Origin: Gammaproteobacteria bacterium
GTDB taxonomy: Bacteria; Pseudomonadota; Gammaproteobacteria; Eutrophobiales; Eutrophobiaceae
Direction: 5' to 3'
DNA length: 64,000 nucleotides
NCBI GenBank assembly: GCA_965215365.1
Contig: CBDCDS010000003.1
Coordinates: forward strand, 864,001-928,000
Shown: positions 60,499 to 64,000 of the stretch, in pieces
Layout of the letters: each line of letters begins with the position of its first letter
Numbering within the stretch: position 1 is the stretch's first letter
Made by a program: the position numbers and the translations under genes
The notes under the pieces: generated by a model
Database searches by the model: none
What the model was told of the DNA's origin: nothing
Seen by the model: only the letters and a program-made list of their open reading frames with translations

Positions 60499-63464
60499 CC
60501 CGCCCCTGCAAGCAATTCATCAACACTGGTGATCACCTCGTATCGGGCGGGGTCTTCTCGAATTTCAAGCGCCTTAAAGTGGGCCCTGCCGCATTCGATC
60601 TTGGCAGCCTCGGTGAAGCGAAGATCTTCTAAGGATGTGCTGCCTTTCGTCTCAATGACCCAATACAAGCGTTCGATAGCATCCGAGTCTACCAAAATAG
60701 CCCAATCCGGATGATAGCTTCCGAGTGGCGTTGAAATAGAAAACCAACCGGGCAGTTTGGCGTAGACTTTAACGGCTTCATTCTTTTCCATCTGGTCTGC
60801 GAACCGGCGCTCGGTCTCCGACTCGTAAATGACCTTCTCGTAAACCGATTTCTCCGCATCAAGCATATTTCTCAAATAGCCGATTAGCTCTTCCTGCCGG
60901 AACAGTTCCTGCGCATAATAGGCTTCATCCCCGATGCGCTGATATTTGATACCGTCCACTAGCAACCGTCGCTTACAGCCATTGATAGACTGTGCAGCAA
61001 GCTCAATAAACTGCTGCGGATTCCGTTTGAAATCGTCAAGGCGTCCGCTTGCGGTGAGGACTTGATGAATACTCCGTCGTGTAAGCTGTGTCCGGTCTTC
61101 CAGTTCGGTCAGCAAATCAGGCAATTCGATGTCAGTTTCATTGAAGACGATAGTTGCCGACCCGGTGGTCTCAGTAGCCTCCATCCCGGCCTGACCAATG
61201 GCAATACTGGCTTTACGCCATTGCAGACGGGTCTTGGAGATCTCTTGTATATCCTGTATAGCCTTGACGCATTCTGCCAGAAGATCTCTGTTATCAAAGG
61301 CCACACGGTAGGTGGTCTTGTATTTAATACGGTCCCACAGTGCCCTGAACTCAGCGCTGTTAAGCACGGTCTGGCGTGGGTGGACAGTCTGGCGCTCGTC
61401 GGCATTCCCGATTTTCAGGGAGCCGGCGAGTTTACGTAAGATGGAAACGATATTCGCTCGTTGCTTAGTAAATTCGTAGGGCACAGCAAAACTATCATCC
61501 TTGATTGCCTGACGGAGCGAGTCCTGTATCTGCCCCGTTGCGTCAATATAGTCTTCCGCCCGTAGATGGTCGTACAGTATCCGCGACTTATCAAATCCGA
61601 AAGCTATTGCTTCCCCGTCTTCCCCAGGAACCGGCATCTGTGCAAACTGATGCAGCTCAATAACACCGAAGCGTATGCCGATATCTTTCTCGATCTCGTG
61701 TTGGAGGTTCTCGGCAAACTCCGCATAGTTTTCTCTTGCGACAACGGTCAGTATATTTACTTCGGAATCACGTAAACGTTCGCCATCCTGATTCACGCAC
61801 AGACGCAGTCCGCGCCCGATCGTTTGTCGGCGTTCCCGTTCGGTTTGGATGTCACGTAACGCACATATCTGAAACACATTCGGGTTGTCCCATCCTTCAC
61901 GCAGCGCCGAATGGGAGAAAATAAACCTGAGTGGCTCGTCCAGACTTAACAGCTTCTCCTTTTCTTTCATAATGAGGTTATAGGCGCGCTCAGCATTGTC
62001 TCGGTTAGCTTGATTGTTTTCAGCAGTATCCGTCCAGCCGCCTTTTTTATCGATGGAAAAGTAACCGTCATGGGCCTTCTCGGCATCTAACTCGATGTTT
62101 ACCTTGTTAAAGAATAAGGAATAGTCGGGATGGCGGGCGAGCCGCCGAAACTCCTGTTCAAAGACCAGCGCATAAGGACCCTTGATTGCATTGCCTTGCT
62201 CGTTGTAACGCCGGTAACGCTCCACCTTATCGACGAAGAACAAACTAAGCACCTTGATCCCTTGCGGCCGTAAGCGCACCTCTTTGTCCAGGTGTTCGCG
62301 AATCGTACGCCGTATCAGTTGGCGGTGAACAACCTCAGGATCCACATCTCCCCAGCTTTCACCCTCCCGTAAAAAAAGCTCACCACCCGGTATCATGAGC
62401 TCAACAAACGTATCCCCAACCCGTATTTCACCAATACGGCAATCTCGATAGATTGTTCGACCTGTCTCCTGTTCGAGATCGTCACCGTCTTGTACCTTTC
62501 TCACAACGCGCCGTACTCGCCCGGCGACTTCGATATCGAGTTCGACCTTGGCACTGATGATGCCGCGTTGGTTGCCAGTCGAGACCAGCCGTACATAGGG
62601 GCGATTATGGGCGCCTTCGACGGTGGCGGATGCCACTTCAATCTGCTTGACCAGCTTGCGTTCATAGGCATCGACCGCATCGAGTCGATAGACCATGTGA
62701 TGCTTGTCCACATGCGTCGCCGAATAACGTAGTGTGCAGAGCGGATTCATTGCGCCAAGTGCTTCCCTGCCGCGGCCACCGAGACCACCATCCACGCTCT
62801 GCGGCTCATCTACGACCACGATAGGGCGGGTAGCCCGGATAAGGTCAATGGGTTTCTCGCCGCCGGTCTTTTCATTGTCTTTGTAGAGGTTGTTAACCTC
62901 CTTCTTATTGATGGCGCCGACGGTGACCACCATGATCTGGATCTGTGGACTGGTGGTGAAATTTCGCACTCGGCCGAGCTTTGCCGAGTCGTAAAGGAAA
63001 TACTCGAATGGTGTGCCTGAGTAGAGCGCTCGAAAATGGTCGTTGGTCATCTGGAGCGATTTGTAAACGCCCTCCTTGATCGCTAACGACGGAACAACTA
63101 TGACGAACTTGGTGAAGCCAAAACGCTTATTCAGTTCGAAAATCGTGCGCAGATAAACATAGGTCTTACCGGTTCCCGTTTCCATCTCAACGGTAAAATC
63201 ACCGGATTCGAGGGAGTTGGTCGGCGGCAATCCGTTGCGGAGTTGAATATCGTTCAGGTTCGCAAGAATTTCATCATCTGACAAGCTCAGCCGGTTACCA
63301 ACGCCGAGAGCATTATCGGCTAAGCTTAATCGGGATTGTGGGTTCTTGGTATCGCGGCAAACAGTAAATTCGGTTCGACAGACCTCCTGACCATGGAACA
63401 GATCGCAAACGGCGTCTATCGCCTGCAACTGAAAATCGAGGTCGCTCTCGAAACGGAGCTTCAT
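60495..63464 (-). CDS. Type III restriction enzyme Res subunit
   Basis: METGTGKT, VVDEPQ, LREGWDNPNVFQIC, QTIGRGLR, YHPDW...IETKG. Confidence 0.94.
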   Translation of the reverse strand: MKLRFESDLDFQLQAIDAVCDLFHGQEVCRTEFTVCRDTKNPQSRLSLADNALGVGNRLSLSDDEILANLNDIQLRNGLPPTNSLESGDFTVEMETGTGKTYVYLRTIFELNKRFGFTKFVIVVPSLAIKEGVYKSLQMTNDHFRALYSGTPFEYFLYDSAKLGRVRNFTTSPQIQIMVVTVGAINKKEVNNLYKDNEKTGGEKPIDLIRATRPIVVVDEPQSVDGGLGGRGREALGAMNPLCTLRYSATHVDKHHMVYRLDAVDAYERKLVKQIEVASATVEGAHNRPYVRLVSTGNQRGIISAKVELDIEVAGRVRRVVRKVQDGDDLEQETGRTIYRDCRIGEIRVGDTFVELMIPGGELFLREGESWGDVDPEVVHRQLIRRTIREHLDKEVRLRPQGIKVLSLFFVDKVERYRRYNEQGNAIKGPYALVFEQEFRRLARHPDYSLFFNKVNIELDAEKAHDGYFSIDKKGGWTDTAENNQANRDNAERAYNLIMKEKEKLLSLDEPLRFIFSHSALREGWDNPNVFQICALRDIQTERERRQTIGRGLRLCVNQDGERLRDSEVNILTVVARENYAEFAENLQHEIEKDIGIRFGVIELHQFAQMPVPGEDGEAIAFGFDKSRILYDHLRAEDYIDATGQIQDSLRQAIKDDSFAVPYEFTKQRANIVSILRKLAGSLKIGNADERQTVHPRQTVLNSAEFRALWDRIKYKTTYRVAFDNRDLLAECVKAIQDIQEISKTRLQWRKASIAIGQAGMEATETTGSATIVFNETDIELPDLLTELEDRTQLTRRSIHQVLTASGRLDDFKRNPQQFIELAAQSINGCKRRLLVDGIKYQRIGDEAYYAQELFRQEELIGYLRNMLDAEKSVYEKVIYESETERRFADQMEKNEAVKVYAKLPGWFSISTPLGSYHPDWAILVDSDAIERLYWVIETKGSTSLEDLRFTEAAKIECGRAHFKALEIREDPARYEVITSVDELLAGAG

Positions 63465-64000
63465 ACATTACCCCATCTTCGGCTACCGGAACGGGTTTTT
63501 TCTGTGCACAGCGCCAACAGGTTCTTGTAGCGTTTTGGAAAAACGCTCTCTGGAATGATTTCATACTCAAAGCGGTTATTTGATACCTTTTGAAATACCA
63601 ACACGCAGGGGCGGTCTCCATACTCTAAGTCGCTGATTACGACCCGCACTGTGTAATTCCGGAATACGGTGATTGTGAGTTCTCGTGTGAATGGGCTATT
63701 CTTTGCCTGAATAGTAATAGTTCTGCTTGATCCGACTCCTCCAACGCCAAAAAAAGCGGCGGCAGCTTTGACTGGAAGCTGGAGTTGTTTTCCATCGATA
63801 CCTGTTTCTCTTGGCATTACTTCGATGATCAGACTCCCGAAGTTCGCCGCAGTCACTGGCTTCTCTGTTACCGGCTTGCTTCTTGCCCTCCAAGTGAAAT
63901 TCACCATCCCTGCACATGCACGTTCTCTCTCGAACTCCAAGCGCTGACTTTTGTAAGAGTTGAGAAGATCGGATGTAAGAATGGTGCTGGTTTTCTCAAT
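63461..64000 (-). CDS. C-terminal part of a hypothetical protein coupled to res (5' end outside window)
   Basis: Frame is open to the window edge; ATGA overlap with res; no methyltransferase motif visible. Confidence 0.6.
   Translation of the reverse strand: MEKTSTILTSDLLNSYKSQRLEFERERACAGMVNFTWRARSKPVTEKPVTAANFGSLIIEVMPRETGIDGKQLQLPVKAAAAFFGVGGVGSSRTITIQAKNSPFTRELTITVFRNYTVRVVISDLEYGDRPCVLVFQKVSNNRFEYEIIPESVFPKRYKNLLALCTEKTRSGSRRWGNV

Overview
Chromosomal window from a gammaproteobacterium-like genome (inferred from gene order). Housekeeping blocks are rpe-trpGDC, maeB, gatCAB, mreBCD-mrdA-rodA-mltB-rlpA-dacA-dat, hisAFIE-tatABC and polA. They alternate with accessory DNA: toxin-antitoxin pairs, a Fic protein, IS481/IS66/IS4 elements, two MITE families, a broken type I R-M locus and a type III Res gene. 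The best candidate for an undescribed system is an intact six-gene operon with overlapping reading frames at 19510-26624 (-). It encodes a ParB/Srx-like protein, a small PD-(D/E)xK nuclease, a SNF2 helicase, a second ParB-like protein, a radical SAM enzyme and a GHKL/MORC-type ATPase, and it sits inside the remains of the type I R-M operon. Other notable items: an Hsp70-TPR + SF1 helicase pair split in frame by IS481; an IS66 carrying an adenine methyltransferase; a poly-C frameshifted secreted protein; a triplicated coiled-coil nuclease gene with variable heptad number whose spacers contain an rplU-like 5' fragment; a MITE end that supplies the mreD start codon; and several internal-deletion scars. 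I recognised no CRISPR array, tRNA or rRNA. All calls come from reading motifs by eye; no database searches were run.
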